A stretch of 64,000 nt of DNA from Spizellomyces punctatus DAOM BR117 (Eukaryota): the NCBI GenBank assembly GCA_000182565.2, contig KQ257455.1. The stretch is one strand, 5' to 3'. Numbering within the stretch: the first letter of the stretch is position 1; the number at the start of each line of letters is the position of its first letter. Below are positions 44,185-56,136 of the stretch, one piece after another. Made by a program: the position numbers and the translations under genes. The notes under the pieces are model-generated. The model made no database searches. It had not been told where the DNA came from and was given only the letters and a program-made list of their open reading frames with translations.

Positions 44185-45288
44185 ATGGCCTCCCACAAGC
44201 AACAGCGCAAGCAAAAGAAGCAGCAACAGGCCGTCGCCACTCGTAATTCTCAAAAGGCTGCCGCTGAACGCAAAGGTGTCCCCCCTACCGAACCCAAACC
44301 TCTCAGCCGCAACGGACGCAGAAAGGCTGCTGCTCGCGCAAGAGCGAATAGTCTCCAGCAGCAAGAAGAGACAAAGATCCCCGCCATCCAAGATCCTATG
44401 AAACAGCCGGCAAGTGAGCCAATGGATCTGGAAATGAAACAAGAGTTGAACGTTCCCATCGCTCAAAACGACGAGGTGCAAAATGTCATTGAGCCTGTTA
44501 AACAGAGAGCGAATAGTCTCCAGCAGCAAGAAGAGACAAAGATGCCCGCCATCCAAGATCCTATGAAACAGCCGGCAAGTGAGCCAATGGATCTGGAAAT
44601 GAAACAAGAGTTGAACGTTCCCATCGCTCAAAACGACGAGGTGCAAAATGTCATTGAGCCTGTTGAACAGAGAGCGAATAGTCTCCAGCAGCAAGAAGAG
44701 ACAAAGATCCCCGCCATCCAAGATCCTATGAAACAGCCGGCAAGTGAGCCAATGGATCTGGAAATGAAACAAGAGTTGAACGTTCCCATCGCTCAAAACG
44801 ACGAGGTGCAAAATGTCATTGAGCCTGTTAAACAGAGAGCGAATAGTCTCCAGCAGCAAGAAGAGACAAAGATGCCCGCCATCCAAGATCCTATGAAACA
44901 GCCGGCAAGTGAGCCAATGGATCTGGAAATGAAACAAGAGTTGAACGTTCCCATCGCTCAAAACGACAAAGTCGTTGCCGCCGTGGCTCCAGCAGCGGAA
45001 CCATCTGCGAAGGGAGGCGAGATGCCTAGCCCACACCCCCTCCTGGTGCGAGCTGTGGGCGCCACTAGACCAATGGCTGCATTCGTCCACTCCCATCCGG
45101 CCCTCACCACAGCGGCTGGTGTGGGAGTCGGACTGTGCGTCCTACCACTTGTCTTGCTGACCAGTCCGATGATATTGTCGACGGCGGCGACGTACAAACT
45201 TTTGTGTCCAACGAGAGTCAAGGACACGTTACATCATTATTCGGCCAAGTTAGCGGAGGAGATCCGACGGGCAGCGCAAACTGTCTAG
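44185..45288 (+). CDS. Hypothetical protein with 55-aa tandem repeats and a C-terminal hydrophobic segment
   Basis: 367 aa ORF preceded by TATAAAA (~43937) and a pyrimidine-rich leader; ACAATGG start context. Confidence 0.75.
   Translation: MASHKQQRKQKKQQQAVATRNSQKAAAERKGVPPTEPKPLSRNGRRKAAARARANSLQQQEETKIPAIQDPMKQPASEPMDLEMKQELNVPIAQNDEVQNVIEPVKQRANSLQQQEETKMPAIQDPMKQPASEPMDLEMKQELNVPIAQNDEVQNVIEPVEQRANSLQQQEETKIPAIQDPMKQPASEPMDLEMKQELNVPIAQNDEVQNVIEPVKQRANSLQQQEETKMPAIQDPMKQPASEPMDLEMKQELNVPIAQNDKVVAAVAPAAEPSAKGGEMPSPHPLLVRAVGATRPMAAFVHSHPALTTAAGVGVGLCVLPLVLLTSPMILSTAATYKLLCPTRVKDTLHHYSAKLAEEIRRAAQTV
44341..44967 (+). repeat. 165-bp coding tandem repeat, about 3.8 copies
   Basis: Units start at 44341, 44506, 44671 and 44836. 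Confidence 0.97.
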
Positions 45289-45508
45289 AATTCTTTGTTC
45301 TTTGTTATGATTTGTTTTAATTTTGTTTTAGAATCTGTTTTGGGTTTAATGGGTTTCTTGCTATCATTATACAATACACTATCATTATTTGCACATTTTT
45401 ATTTCCATTTTGCGTGGACATGGCACGCTAATGTATATTATTTACAAATCCTGCTCCCAGCTGTACATACACGCAAAGAGTACCACGCCCGTATCTACCC
45501 AGCACGAC

Positions 45509-46174
45509 TCAGGTATCCACATCCATCAACACCGCCTGATCTTGCTCGTCTTCTTCTTTATCAGAGTCAACCACTCCACTCTCCCTTTCTGTACAAGGTG
45601 GCACCCATTTTCCCCCCGTATACAGCACAACCTGCCCCGCCCCATTCCCACCACCGACATTCCACCCCGACACGTCATCCCATCCCCAGATCTGTCTTAA
45701 CCGTCCTTCCAACCCTTCATGTACTTGAAAGGTTCCTTGATCCCACTGTACACTATTAAGAAGGGGAATACCATCCATAGGACTCGTCGCGGTCGCACCA
45801 TCTGCAGCAGCAGCCGTAGGTACAGCAGTAGTCATACTGTCACTACTACTCGTAGGAGGAGGCGGAGGAGGAGGAGGCGAATACGGTACAAGCGCCATCG
45901 ATAAGCAACGCTCGTCAGGCCCATCCAATCCCTTAGCCCTTTTGAACACCGGACTCAAAAAATCCAAATTCACAATCTCTTCATCGTGATCATCTTCTTC
46001 TCTTGCCCGCTTCCTGGGCAAACTCTCGCTCCTCACTGGTTGTTGCGACACCCTCCGCATCCCATCACAAAACCGCTTGACCGGACTGTAAAAAGCATGT
46101 TCAGCGTCGTCAAGACGTCGTTTACAGCCGTGTTGAGACATGAAGGGAGTATTGTAGGGTGCCGTCGTCGTCAT
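45509..46174 (-). CDS. Hypothetical protein
   Basis: 221 aa ORF with SPVKR/KRAR basic motifs and ALVPY/VVLY motifs. Confidence 0.65.
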   Translation of the reverse strand: MTTTAPYNTPFMSQHGCKRRLDDAEHAFYSPVKRFCDGMRRVSQQPVRSESLPRKRAREEDDHDEEIVNLDFLSPVFKRAKGLDGPDERCLSMALVPYSPPPPPPPPTSSSDSMTTAVPTAAAADGATATSPMDGIPLLNSVQWDQGTFQVHEGLEGRLRQIWGWDDVSGWNVGGGNGAGQVVLYTGGKWVPPCTERESGVVDSDKEEDEQDQAVLMDVDT

Positions 46175-46746
46175 GATGTGTGTGCTGGTAATTCAAAGGG
46201 TATCCTTCTTGTTTAAGCGGTTTTGTAGGCAGTGGGAAATGGGGGAGAAAGCGTAACGTTCGCTGGGAGGTTCTTGTGGGTTCCAACGAATTCGATGAGC
46301 AAAGCATGTGTGACTCTGGCGAGTGGCATAGTCATCGTAATGGCTTACACGGATGAAACCCAACTGATGGGTTGTGGACTGGAACTTTATTACAAACAAA
46401 ATGATGATATTGCAAGGGACGATGTGTCCTTGCCGGGATACGCATATATACAGATATTCGGATTCACTACCCTGTTCATCCATAGCCAAAAACTCGTCAC
46501 GTCCGACATCCCAACCCAACCCGACGCAAACACCGGCAAGAAACCGCAATAAACCGATACATAGAATGTCCCTTCAACTCCCGCGAGGGAGGAGAGACTC
46601 GACTCGGAAGAGTGCGTTGGTAGTCTTATTTTGCCGGAAGACGGCCGGGGTACCGTAGAGTGTGTCCAAAGAGAAAATCTCTTTTACCGTGTGCGTTCAT
46701 AAAACTCGTCTAGATCATCGTCATTTAACTACACCTCTCCTCTTCA

Positions 46747-47499
46747 TCAATCATTGGGATCAACACACTTGCTCGTCTTCAAATGTCTCCGTAATGCATC
46801 CGCTCTCGTAAACCTTTTTAAGCAGCCCTCCCCAGGACAGACATGAGCCTTAATCTTTGAATGGACTGTCTCATGCCGCTCTAAATCATGAACACGTAGA
46901 AATGTCTTTTTGCACTCGGGACACTCGAATGGCCTCGCTCTCGCAGGGTCGTGCGTCCGAAGGTGAGTCTGGAGGTTAAATTTCCTCGTGAACGACTTTG
47001 GACAGCCTGGGATGGGACAGGGGTAAATCTTTGATGGGCGTCGTCGGATCTTCGAGCGGGCAGGGGAGAGGCCTTCTAATGATGCTTCTGCTGCTGGAAC
47101 CGGTCGGACGAGGTTACTGAGGAGGACGGCGAGGTCAGGGAGGGAGACTCTGATGGTGTCGGAAGGAGTGTCCATAGCAGATGATGTAGCGTCCATGGAA
47201 CTAAATAAGGCAAGCCCCAAGCCATCTCCTTCCGAATGCAGCACAGCAGGATCCACTGACTCTTCGAACTGCCCAACCTCCTCAAACAAAGGCGTGCCAC
47301 TACTGTATTCGCTCGCCTCAAAGGCAGCCAAAGGCTCCTCTTCAGGTGTTGGGTAAAATACACCCCAATCTACATTCTTGTCGTCTATTGGGAAATCCAT
47401 CATGGGGGATGGATACCTGACCTCTTTTCCAAAAAGATCCGTACTCTCAAAGAGAGGGAAATCGAGGTCGGGCGTTTGGGGAGTGAAATCGAACGTCAT
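46747..47499 (-). CDS. C2H2 zinc-finger transcription factor (three fingers, Crz1-like finger region)
   Basis: YPCPIPGCPKSFTRKFNLQTHLRTH, FECPECKKTFLRVHDLERHETVH, CPGEGCLKRFTRADALRRH; acidic N-terminus. Start taken at MTFDF. Confidence 0.88.
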   Translation of the reverse strand: MTFDFTPQTPDLDFPLFESTDLFGKEVRYPSPMMDFPIDDKNVDWGVFYPTPEEEPLAAFEASEYSSGTPLFEEVGQFEESVDPAVLHSEGDGLGLALFSSMDATSSAMDTPSDTIRVSLPDLAVLLSNLVRPVPAAEASLEGLSPARSKIRRRPSKIYPCPIPGCPKSFTRKFNLQTHLRTHDPARARPFECPECKKTFLRVHDLERHETVHSKIKAHVCPGEGCLKRFTRADALRRHLKTSKCVDPND

Positions 47500-48097
47500 G
47501 ATAAAGCTGTGTTGGGAAATCTCGTCTTGTTGTTGTGCTTGTTCTGTGCAATTGCTCACTTTATAGTTTCCTTTAACAAAAATTCCCCCAAAAACAACAA
47601 GAAGGAAACCATTTCCCTTCCAACATCTTTTAAATCCCGCAGCGCGTCTGTGACGTTTCCGTGATCGACCAATCAGATTGCAGTGTGTCATGATGAATTA
47701 CTAAAGCTGCTCCACGTACGCGAGTAACTGCCCCACAAGTAAAATGCGCAGTGTTACGTTTTTCAACTGCTACAAATAAAAGGAGGGAGGACGACGAACG
47801 AACGACTTTTTGGATTTCGGGATTTGATTTTGCATGTGTTTTCTTGGTATGGGTCTATTGGACAGCAATGTGTTGGGCCATCATGTTCCTTTTCCAGCTT
47901 TGGGTTGCGTCAAGGGAAGAGTCATCAACGTAATCCATATATATTGCTCCTCGCTTTAACCTGCAATCAGGCTTTCTTTTTTAAATTCCTACTGCAATTA
48001 CCTAATTTAGTTTTTGGCAAGGTAATATGCTTTTATTTTCCTGTGGCCAGGGAAGCACGTTTTCAATAAAGTACACAAGAATCTTCTGCCCATAATC

Positions 48098-49669
48098 TTA
48101 AACTTTTATGTCCAAATCAGGACCATCCCATTCAGGTACAATCCTGTACGGATTAATCTGAATATGGGACATGTAATAATGCCGCTTGATGTGCATCATA
48201 TTGACGGTTTCCTTGATCTATTCCAAACACACAGATATGAAAACCTGCTGCCGACACAAGAACATCGGCTGTCGCTCACCTTTGGCGTTTGGTACACTTG
48301 TCGTGCCCACCGTAAAATGTTGGGATAATCGTGTGTAATGGTTCCCCCGTTACATTTAAAATGGGTGTGATATACCTAGAGAAAAAGATGAAAAAGTAGC
48401 ACATCCAAACAACGATAACGCGCGGTCCATACCGGATCAAACCTCACAATGGTCGTCCATAGCCTTATGTCAGCCTCCGTGAACCGATCGCCCACCAACC
48501 ATTTACGATTCGCCAAAAGGGATTCAACGCGAGCGAGACCGTCAAAAACCTTCGCATAGTTGGATTCGTAAGCAGTTTGGCTAGTTGCAAATCCAGCCTT
48601 GTACACCCTGCATCCAACTGTTGAAAGGAGCTCATCCGTAACGACGAGTCACATGCGATTTCTTACCCGTTATTGATTTGATCGTACACCCATGTATTAA
48701 CTTCATCGATTTGAGATGCAAGGTCTTTGGGGTAGTACGTTACACCGGGAGCCGTGGACCACTCGTCAAACGCCGTGTTGAGAATCCTAGGAACGTATCA
48801 GTAAATCATCCATTACATCATCCATTACCTCAAGACTGTTTTAACCTACCTGATGATCTCTGAACTCTCGTTATTTACAATGGTACCATGTTTCTTGTCC
48901 CATAGAACGGGCACAGTATCTATTATGAATACGTTAGTGCAGTTTTCCGCGCAGATCATGATATGTTACTCACAACGGCCGCTATACTCTGGGTCAGCCT
49001 TGAAATACAGCTCACGGAGGTATTGCGCCTCATTAACTGTATCTGGGACAACACCCGGAGTCTTCTCCCCGGGCAAACTACGCCAAATATGAACCTCCGC
49101 ACTCAACGAATCAAGAACATCACAAATGGGACAACTTACTCAAACCGCCATCCCCCGTCTCCCAACAGATAATGCACAACGGAGAGCCCAATCACATCCT
49201 CTAACCCCTTCAAAGCCCTTTCCAAAAGTCAGGATGAGCGTCAAAAGGAACAATGTACCAAAGAACATACCGAACAATCACCGTCCGATGCGCCCAAGGA
49301 CAGGCCCAACTGACATACAAATGGTACCGCCCAGGTTCAGCCCGAAAGGTCGCATTGGGCTCTCTAGACACTACACCACGGAAGGATGAATCCTGACTAC
49401 CAGGTACGTGAGCTATGACTTTAATATTGTAAATACAGCGGTTGAACGTACCGACGGAACTCTCCATCGTTCGATGCCCATCTAATACCAAATAGGCGTC
49501 AGCTCCCGATCCCCCGCTGTAACCTGGCCGACAGAGAGAAGCAAGAAGATGGTCCTTACTTGAAAATCGGAGCTCTATCACAACGGTGTCAATAGCATAT
49601 CCCAGTAAAGAAAAGCACGCGTTACTCTTACAAGTCCTTATTATCTTGTTTGGCAGCTCCAGCAGACAT
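48098..49669 (-). CDS. ECM4: Glutathionyl-hydroquinone reductase / omega-like GST (ECM4/YqjG family), many exons
   Basis: GRYHLYVSWACPWAHRT, TVPVLWDKK, IVNNESSEII, INNGVYKAGFA, TEADIRLWTTIVRFDPV, YYMSH..INP. Confidence 0.92.
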
Positions 49670-50048
49670 GGTTGAAAGCGTTTTCAATGACAAAAAAGCA
49701 AAGCTATGGGTCTTTACGGGGCGAAGCGAGCAGACTGTCTTGAAAATAAAAGCAGGACGAGGCCCGTAGCGGAATATCAAAACCATTTGAAAGCTGGAAG
49801 CGTCAGAAATGACCAGCACACCCGCGATCAGGTTTGTCATTGAGATTGGAATGCATTTCAATGTATCCCGGATATTGAGAAACCTGCTATGGCGTGCCTC
49901 TGATAAAGTCAGGAGAAACGGCCATGCTTGTTGTATTGGCAACGGCTTTGAGATTGGTCCATTTGCCCAAAGGTTATTTGCATGATTGCTCAGCACAAAC
50001 AAAAAGAATGAACGTCTCATCAAAGACTGATTCACGTCTATTTGGTAT

Positions 50049-51303
50049 TTATCCCAATATATCATCCAACCATTTCAAATCCTCCGCTTCTGCACTACTT
50101 GATGGCAATGTCGCTGTCCGGTTCTCATGGCTTGCAGGCTGGGGAACCGGCGGTACAGCTTCGGCGGGCTGATCAAGGTTCAGCAGCATATCCAAGTCAT
50201 CATCACATGTGGTGGGCGGAACGTGCGCTAAATTGCATAACAGAGTAAAGGACCTTGAGCACTGTTGTACAGATGCCTACAGCAGATAGCGGACTGGTCA
50301 TACCTGGCTCGCATGGGATCTGTGGTGTCAGTTGCAACTTTATGGGAGGTAGAAATGAGGACGCGCGGGATGATTGTAATGGTCCATTGTTGATCCGTTT
50401 CTCGGGGACATCAGGTCTTGCTATATTGAGAGCAGGTATCTGCACAATAGGTGGTTCGATGGTTACTGCCTTGTTGGTCTCTATGGAAATGGTCTGTACG
50501 GACGGATTTTGAGGGTTTGACTTTGGACCATGTCGACTGGCAGTTGACACTTTCACATCCACGTTACTGTCATTCGGAGGCGACAAAATCTCTTTTTCGT
50601 CCAACGAGAGTCTAACATGCAGAGGAAGACGCTTCAAAGAGGTCTCCAAGGCTTCGAAATTGATTTGGAGGAGACCGCCATACACCTTATGTCCAATTTA
50701 TGAGTCCCATTGCACCTTCTTTTAAAGCTTGATCATTTCCTTTCAGAGAGACACCCACCTCATCCATCTCTCCCCGCCCATCCGCCTCCACGTCGCCAAG
50801 CAACTCCTTCTCCTCCCGAAACTGAAAATACACGGATGAATCATACGTTTCCTCTAGTCAACCGAATTAATAATTGAGCCGGACTCATTATAACTCAACC
50901 TATGATCCTCCCACCTGCATCTCTTATCAGCCGTCTCAACTCCTCCGTCTCTCGGTCGAATCCTTCATCGGCTGCGAGTACCTCCGCTGGTGTAGGTTCG
51001 TGGTATCGATATGCATTGCTCTCAATTTTTCGTCGGGCATACTTGGACCGGGCTTTTCTCATCGCGCAGGGATTAATATGGAGTTTTGGTGACGGCGACA
51101 GCCAACAATCCCTACTCACGCCGTTCCTCCGTCTCGACTATTTGGTTAGAGTCGACATTGGTATTTGAAATCTGGTCTGCGATTCCGGCCGGTGTCTCTC
51201 CCCGTCTTGCACCTCCCTCGTCCTTTTGTGGACCGCGCGGTGGTATGCCGTGCTTGGCTTTCCAACGTTTTGACGCTTTGGCTTTGTGTTCGTCTGGGCG
51301 CAT
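50049..51303 (-). CDS. Aven-like protein, multi-exon
   Basis: KYARRKIESNAYRY, YFQFREEKE and C-terminal DLKWLDDILG* resemble the recalled Aven motifs (SRRKIxSNWDRY, FRFAEEKEW, LEDWLD). Confidence 0.6.
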
Positions 51304-51974
51304 GGTGCAGGCATGTTCAAGGTTGGTGAGTCAGCGTCCGATTGTACCACCTTAAACGTGTATGGCGCAGCAGGGCTTTGCGCTTAAGTAAACAAAACAA
51401 TCGCACTTTCAGCTTACTGGTACCGTACCTGTTCCTGAATTTAACTTTGAACGTAAATGGTGGGAACAGGGACATGATAGGATAATGTCCACTGCCACCC
51501 GACACAAACATTGAAAAGCTATTGTTATGTGATCCAAGCTACTGACTTCCGAGAATGGCGCGAGGAGGAAAAATGTTACGGGCAGGGTGCTCCATTATTG
51601 CGCACCTTATTTTGAAGCGCATATCCTGTATTTGCCGAAATCTAAAGCGAGATACACCGCGTGAAACCCGTAAACCCAAATTTCAAATTCAGGATACCTC
51701 CGGCATTCCGACAATTCTAGCTATAAACCCTGAAAACGGGTTTAGCTAGCCTTACCTAGACTATCGTACAAGCAATGTTAACAATGAGCCCTTTTTTTCA
51801 GTACCTAGCGAGGCGCTTTTCTGTGTTATGCGCAATCATCGAAATATCGGCGTATCGGCAAATGTATAAATAATGGGAGGAAAATTGACAGTGAACCTTT
51901 AGTCAGTCTCATCATTTTCGTCGTTCGCAAACCTTCACCTTTCGAAATAACTATTATTTTAGTCAACTGCTGCG

Positions 51975-52814
51975 ATGGCGATGGATGCCATTACGCAGCG
52001 TGTCATTGGAACATTCCTCGCTGGCATGGGAATGGCCTTTGTGATATGCTCCACCGTAACCTGGTCGCGAAAGTTTAACAGAAATCGAAACAAGCTTCTG
52101 CAGCTAGTAGTGCTCCTCCTTGCGTTCCTATTCAACGCTTTGATGCTAGTCGTCGCCATGGACTTTATAAAGCTGCAAATTTCAGCACGCACGACGGTTG
52201 CCGCTTTCTGCAATACCAGGATCAGCACGACCGCACAGTACATTTACATGTATTTCATGACGATACGACTGTTCTCCGTTCTAGAAGGGCGACAGCGTTT
52301 TGCTAGGGCGCTTGGCTATTTAGTGGCGGGGCTAATCGTCTGTTCGTGCCTGCTCAATGACGGGGCAAACTTTTATTCCCTCTCCCAATCGAAAATGAAC
52401 ATTGTCCTCTTCACCAACAATAAGTACTTTAATCAAATCGCCAAAGGTTCATCAACAACCGGAACCCTCCTTTACACCGTCATGCTGACCGTCACCGACA
52501 TTCTCCTCCTCACCAAAATAAAGGGAATCAAAGCAACCCTCTCCGGAGGCAAGAGCAGAGGCATGGCATCGCATCAGAGGGTGCAGATAGCCATTCTTCT
52601 CATTGCCATCTGTGGAAAGATCACAGAAAGCGTCCTAAAGATCCTCAGTATGGCGACAACGTACATGAGTCTGGATTCTTACTTTCGTGGTACGAACATG
52701 GCGATCGAGATTTGGCAGCTTGTCGAGCTGGGTGTTACAGTTCAAGATGTCATGACCCCAAAATCAGACGCAAGCAGCATTACAAGCAGGGGTGCACATC
52801 GTTCGGGGACGTGA
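51975..52814 (+). CDS. Multi-pass (about 6-7 TM) membrane protein, probable paralog of 7565-8413
   Basis: 279 aa intronless hydrophobic ORF. Confidence 0.72.
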   Translation: MAMDAITQRVIGTFLAGMGMAFVICSTVTWSRKFNRNRNKLLQLVVLLLAFLFNALMLVVAMDFIKLQISARTTVAAFCNTRISTTAQYIYMYFMTIRLFSVLEGRQRFARALGYLVAGLIVCSCLLNDGANFYSLSQSKMNIVLFTNNKYFNQIAKGSSTTGTLLYTVMLTVTDILLLTKIKGIKATLSGGKSRGMASHQRVQIAILLIAICGKITESVLKILSMATTYMSLDSYFRGTNMAIEIWQLVELGVTVQDVMTPKSDASSITSRGAHRSGT

Positions 52815-53377
52815 AAAAGTCAGAGCCATACACTTCCGTGGCACAAGACTGGTCTTCTCCACTCGGCGCCGGCCAACATACTTCAAAATCCGAGCTTGAG
52901 AAATGCAGTTTTGCAATATGTCAGAGCAAACTTTGTAATGTGCACTAAAGCTGTTAAACCTGATAGATCTGCTCGTAGTGATAAGTTCCGACCATCAGTA
53001 GCAAAAAGTGAGGAAAGAGTAACTGTAGCCCGGAATACCGTCATCTTCCTTTTTTAGTTTGTGTAAAAAAGAAAAGAATTGCTACGTTCAAGTATGAAGG
53101 TCATTTCGACCTTGGGCCGAATTGTAACATGGCAACCTTCTACATGCCAAGTAGTCTCCGCTACTTGAATGCTGCCAAACTGCTCGTATATGAGGAAAGG
53201 TTGCTAAATCTGGTCGCCGACGACGCCATAGGTAAAATCATCAAGCAAAGTTTGACAAAATTATATTGGAATGCAAATAACGTGCTAAACAAAAAATATA
53301 CTGCATGGGCTACATATCGTTCATTACCGGCAACCTATTAACCCCAGCCCACTAATGTACACGATCATGGGATCATT

Positions 53378-54753
53378 TCACTCATCTTTTGCTTTATAAG
53401 TCTCAGGTACCTGCCCCTGCAACCTTCCAAATCTCAACCCTGACAATAAGTTCCTCGCCGCGTTGTGGTGATCATAGACTCCACCATTGAAGGAATTTGT
53501 CATGTCTCGTCCCAATCCGGCTTTCAGGAACATGCGTCCACCGGGATGATGATCAATAAAGTTTTCAACATCATAGATGGTACCTTCGATAATCAAAAGC
53601 TGCTTTCCTTGGTCTTTGACTAGGGATCGGAACTCGTCAAAACTGTATTCGGGGAGGGTTTCCAGAGGAGGACCCCATTTGAGTTTTGCCTTCAATTGGG
53701 CAATTTTCTTTTCTTGCATTTGCAATCGACCTTTTTGGACCTCGTTTTCGGGGAAGACATGGAGGTTGTACGTAAGGCCAAAAAGAGAGCAGAACCAGAT
53801 CAACCATTTCGTTGGGTCGTATTGCCAAAAGAAGATGGCGTTACGGAAATCAGAAGGGAACTCGTGGTGGAAATTGTGGTAGCCCTCTCCCATGGTGATG
53901 AGCGCAGTGATAAAGTGGTCGCGAGGGGTGAAGCGATCGTCGAACGAGGTTTCGCCCAGCCAGTGAGCAAGAGAGTTTACGCAAAAGGTTGCGTGGTGAA
54001 CAAACAATAGTCGGGTGATACCAGCCCAAAAGTAGCCGCCCATCCAGTCTCCCCAGCCGATACCAGCAACCAGGGTTGGGAAGACAAATGCCATGAACAG
54101 CATGACACTAAAGGAGACGACGCTGTGTGAGACTTTTGACGAAAAGGCAAAGGAAGTATGCAAACTTACGGAATGAAGTTCTTGTGCTGCCACATGACAA
54201 TGGGATCCTTGTTCAAATCATTGATATCCACCAGTCCCCTCTTTTTGGGGTTTTCCTTGATCATCATCCATACTGCAAATCCAAATGTTGGCATAAACGA
54301 ACCAGATACAGTATATAGGATTCGGAAACTTACGTATATGCGAATGCCAGAATCCCTTGTGGGCCGAATACGGATCTCTGTCTGTGTCTGTCCATCTGTG
54401 ATGGGCACGATGGTGCCTGCTCCACCACTTGATAGAGCCTTCAGCAGCACCTGCCCCAGCAAGAGCCATAAACAACTGGTAAGGTTTTGCCGCATCATAC
54501 GATCTGTGGGACCAATATCGGTGGTACCCTGCAGGCAACAGACAAACATGTCAATAAACAGGGAGATCCATATGCCAATGCCAATGCATCACGTACCGGC
54601 AGTTATACCGAACCCAGTCGTGAAATAGTACACGATGGACCAAACGGCAGTCTTCCATGTCAAAGGCACGCAAAAGACAGTGTAAATGGCAAGTAGGGGG
54701 ATGGTCGTCAAGACGATCGTCCCCATTAGGTCGATGTCTCGCAACGAGACCAT
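53378..54753 (-). CDS. OLE1: Delta-9 acyl-CoA desaturase with fused cytochrome b5
   Basis: His boxes [36 protein letters not shown] cytochrome b5 motif; three introns; TATAAA at ~54838-54844. Confidence 0.95.
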
Positions 54754-55085
54754 GTTGAAAGTTTTCTTGTTATTGAAAGAAGGTACGGGAAATGAGATGA
54801 TGGTCTTACAAAAGGAACAAGCAGGAAGACCTCCTCACTTTATACTCCCGTCCATGTCTTGGCTTTTTTTTGCTGTCGTCATAAACCCGTCCTTCCAATC
54901 CGCTAGAACGGGCATTTCAAGGCAGAGGATAAACGGGGAATTCGGACCGCGTTGTGATTACGAGAGTCATGTATCCATATAAGGATATATAGTTGGTCCG
55001 AACACGTGTTGTGCCTGGCCTGTGTCGACTGCCAGTGGGCACGCAAGGGGAACGAATGCCACGTTCGTGTTCATCTTGGCGATTC

Positions 55086-55383
55086 CTTTTGTTCGTCGCT
55101 GATGATGGATTTTGAACTTTCTATAAAATGGAAGAATGCAACCTTGAATTCTTGGCATATCCCATCCAGCAAGAAAACCTTTGCTCGATCGCGTAGATGA
55201 TCTTGTCACAGAATGATGGCTCAATTCTCTTTTGTTCGTGGCTGACGAGTGTTGTAATGGATTTTGAACTTTCTAAAATGGAAGAATGCAACCTTGAACT
55301 CTTGGCATTTCCCATCCAGCAAGAAGAAAACCTTTGCTCGATCGCGTAGATGACCTTGTCACAGAATGATGGCTCAATTCTCG
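55086..55383. repeat. Imperfect ~150-bp intergenic tandem duplication
   Basis: atggattttgaactttct...gatggctcaattctc occurs at ~55105-55229 and ~55257-55382. Confidence 0.9.
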
Positions 55384-56136
55384 CCCTCTGGTCCGACATT
55401 GACGACGACAGCACCAACCATGATGAGTTGTTGGCACACCTCACGTCACCACCGCGTCGTTGTTGCCATGTTAACAAGTGCGGCAGGGCTAAAATGGTCC
55501 GTCTACAAACGATTCAATTAAACTGTTTCCCGTTCAGGCAAGAGGGAAAAGTAGAAAGAGCGGCTGGAACATTTGACATTCTTGTTTTATTCACCCTTTG
55601 ATGTCGAGATTAGACAAGCGCCTTTGGATCGATTCAATACAAGAGCATGCCATGGCAATGAAAATGCCATATGGACGCTGCCATGGCGGGGGGGATGAAC
55701 TCCTTCCAGTAAGCAGCTACGCAAGTGTTTGCCATACACAAACCCCTCTAATCCATCGGCCATTCCCCCAGGCTAGGAATACACTCGAAACTTACGTAAC
55801 TTGAAAGTAAAGAGACAAATTTTATAAATAAACAACAAAAAGTCGTGGAAATGAAACAATTCTGGTAAAAGGGATACAACTTGTACCGCAAATTAACAAA
55901 TTTGATGCTAGATTTGAGACACGCGATGTTGGCTTAGTTCTTAAAATGTTTAATGAAAACATTTTCTCTTGAAAGGTTTTTTGGAGACCCGACGCTCAAC
56001 GGGCGAAAAAACGACGACGACGACAACGACAAGCGGTTTTTGTTTTTGCTTCGACATTGGCAGATCAAACGGGCAGCAGCAGCAGCAGTAACAGCAACAG
56101 CACCTCATCGCCAGCGAGCTTTTCGTCTTTCCAGCA

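Noticed and set aside
44179-45096. 305-aa antisense ORF
   Set aside because: Shadow of the 165-bp repeat; one stop-free unit repeated gives a long antisense frame.
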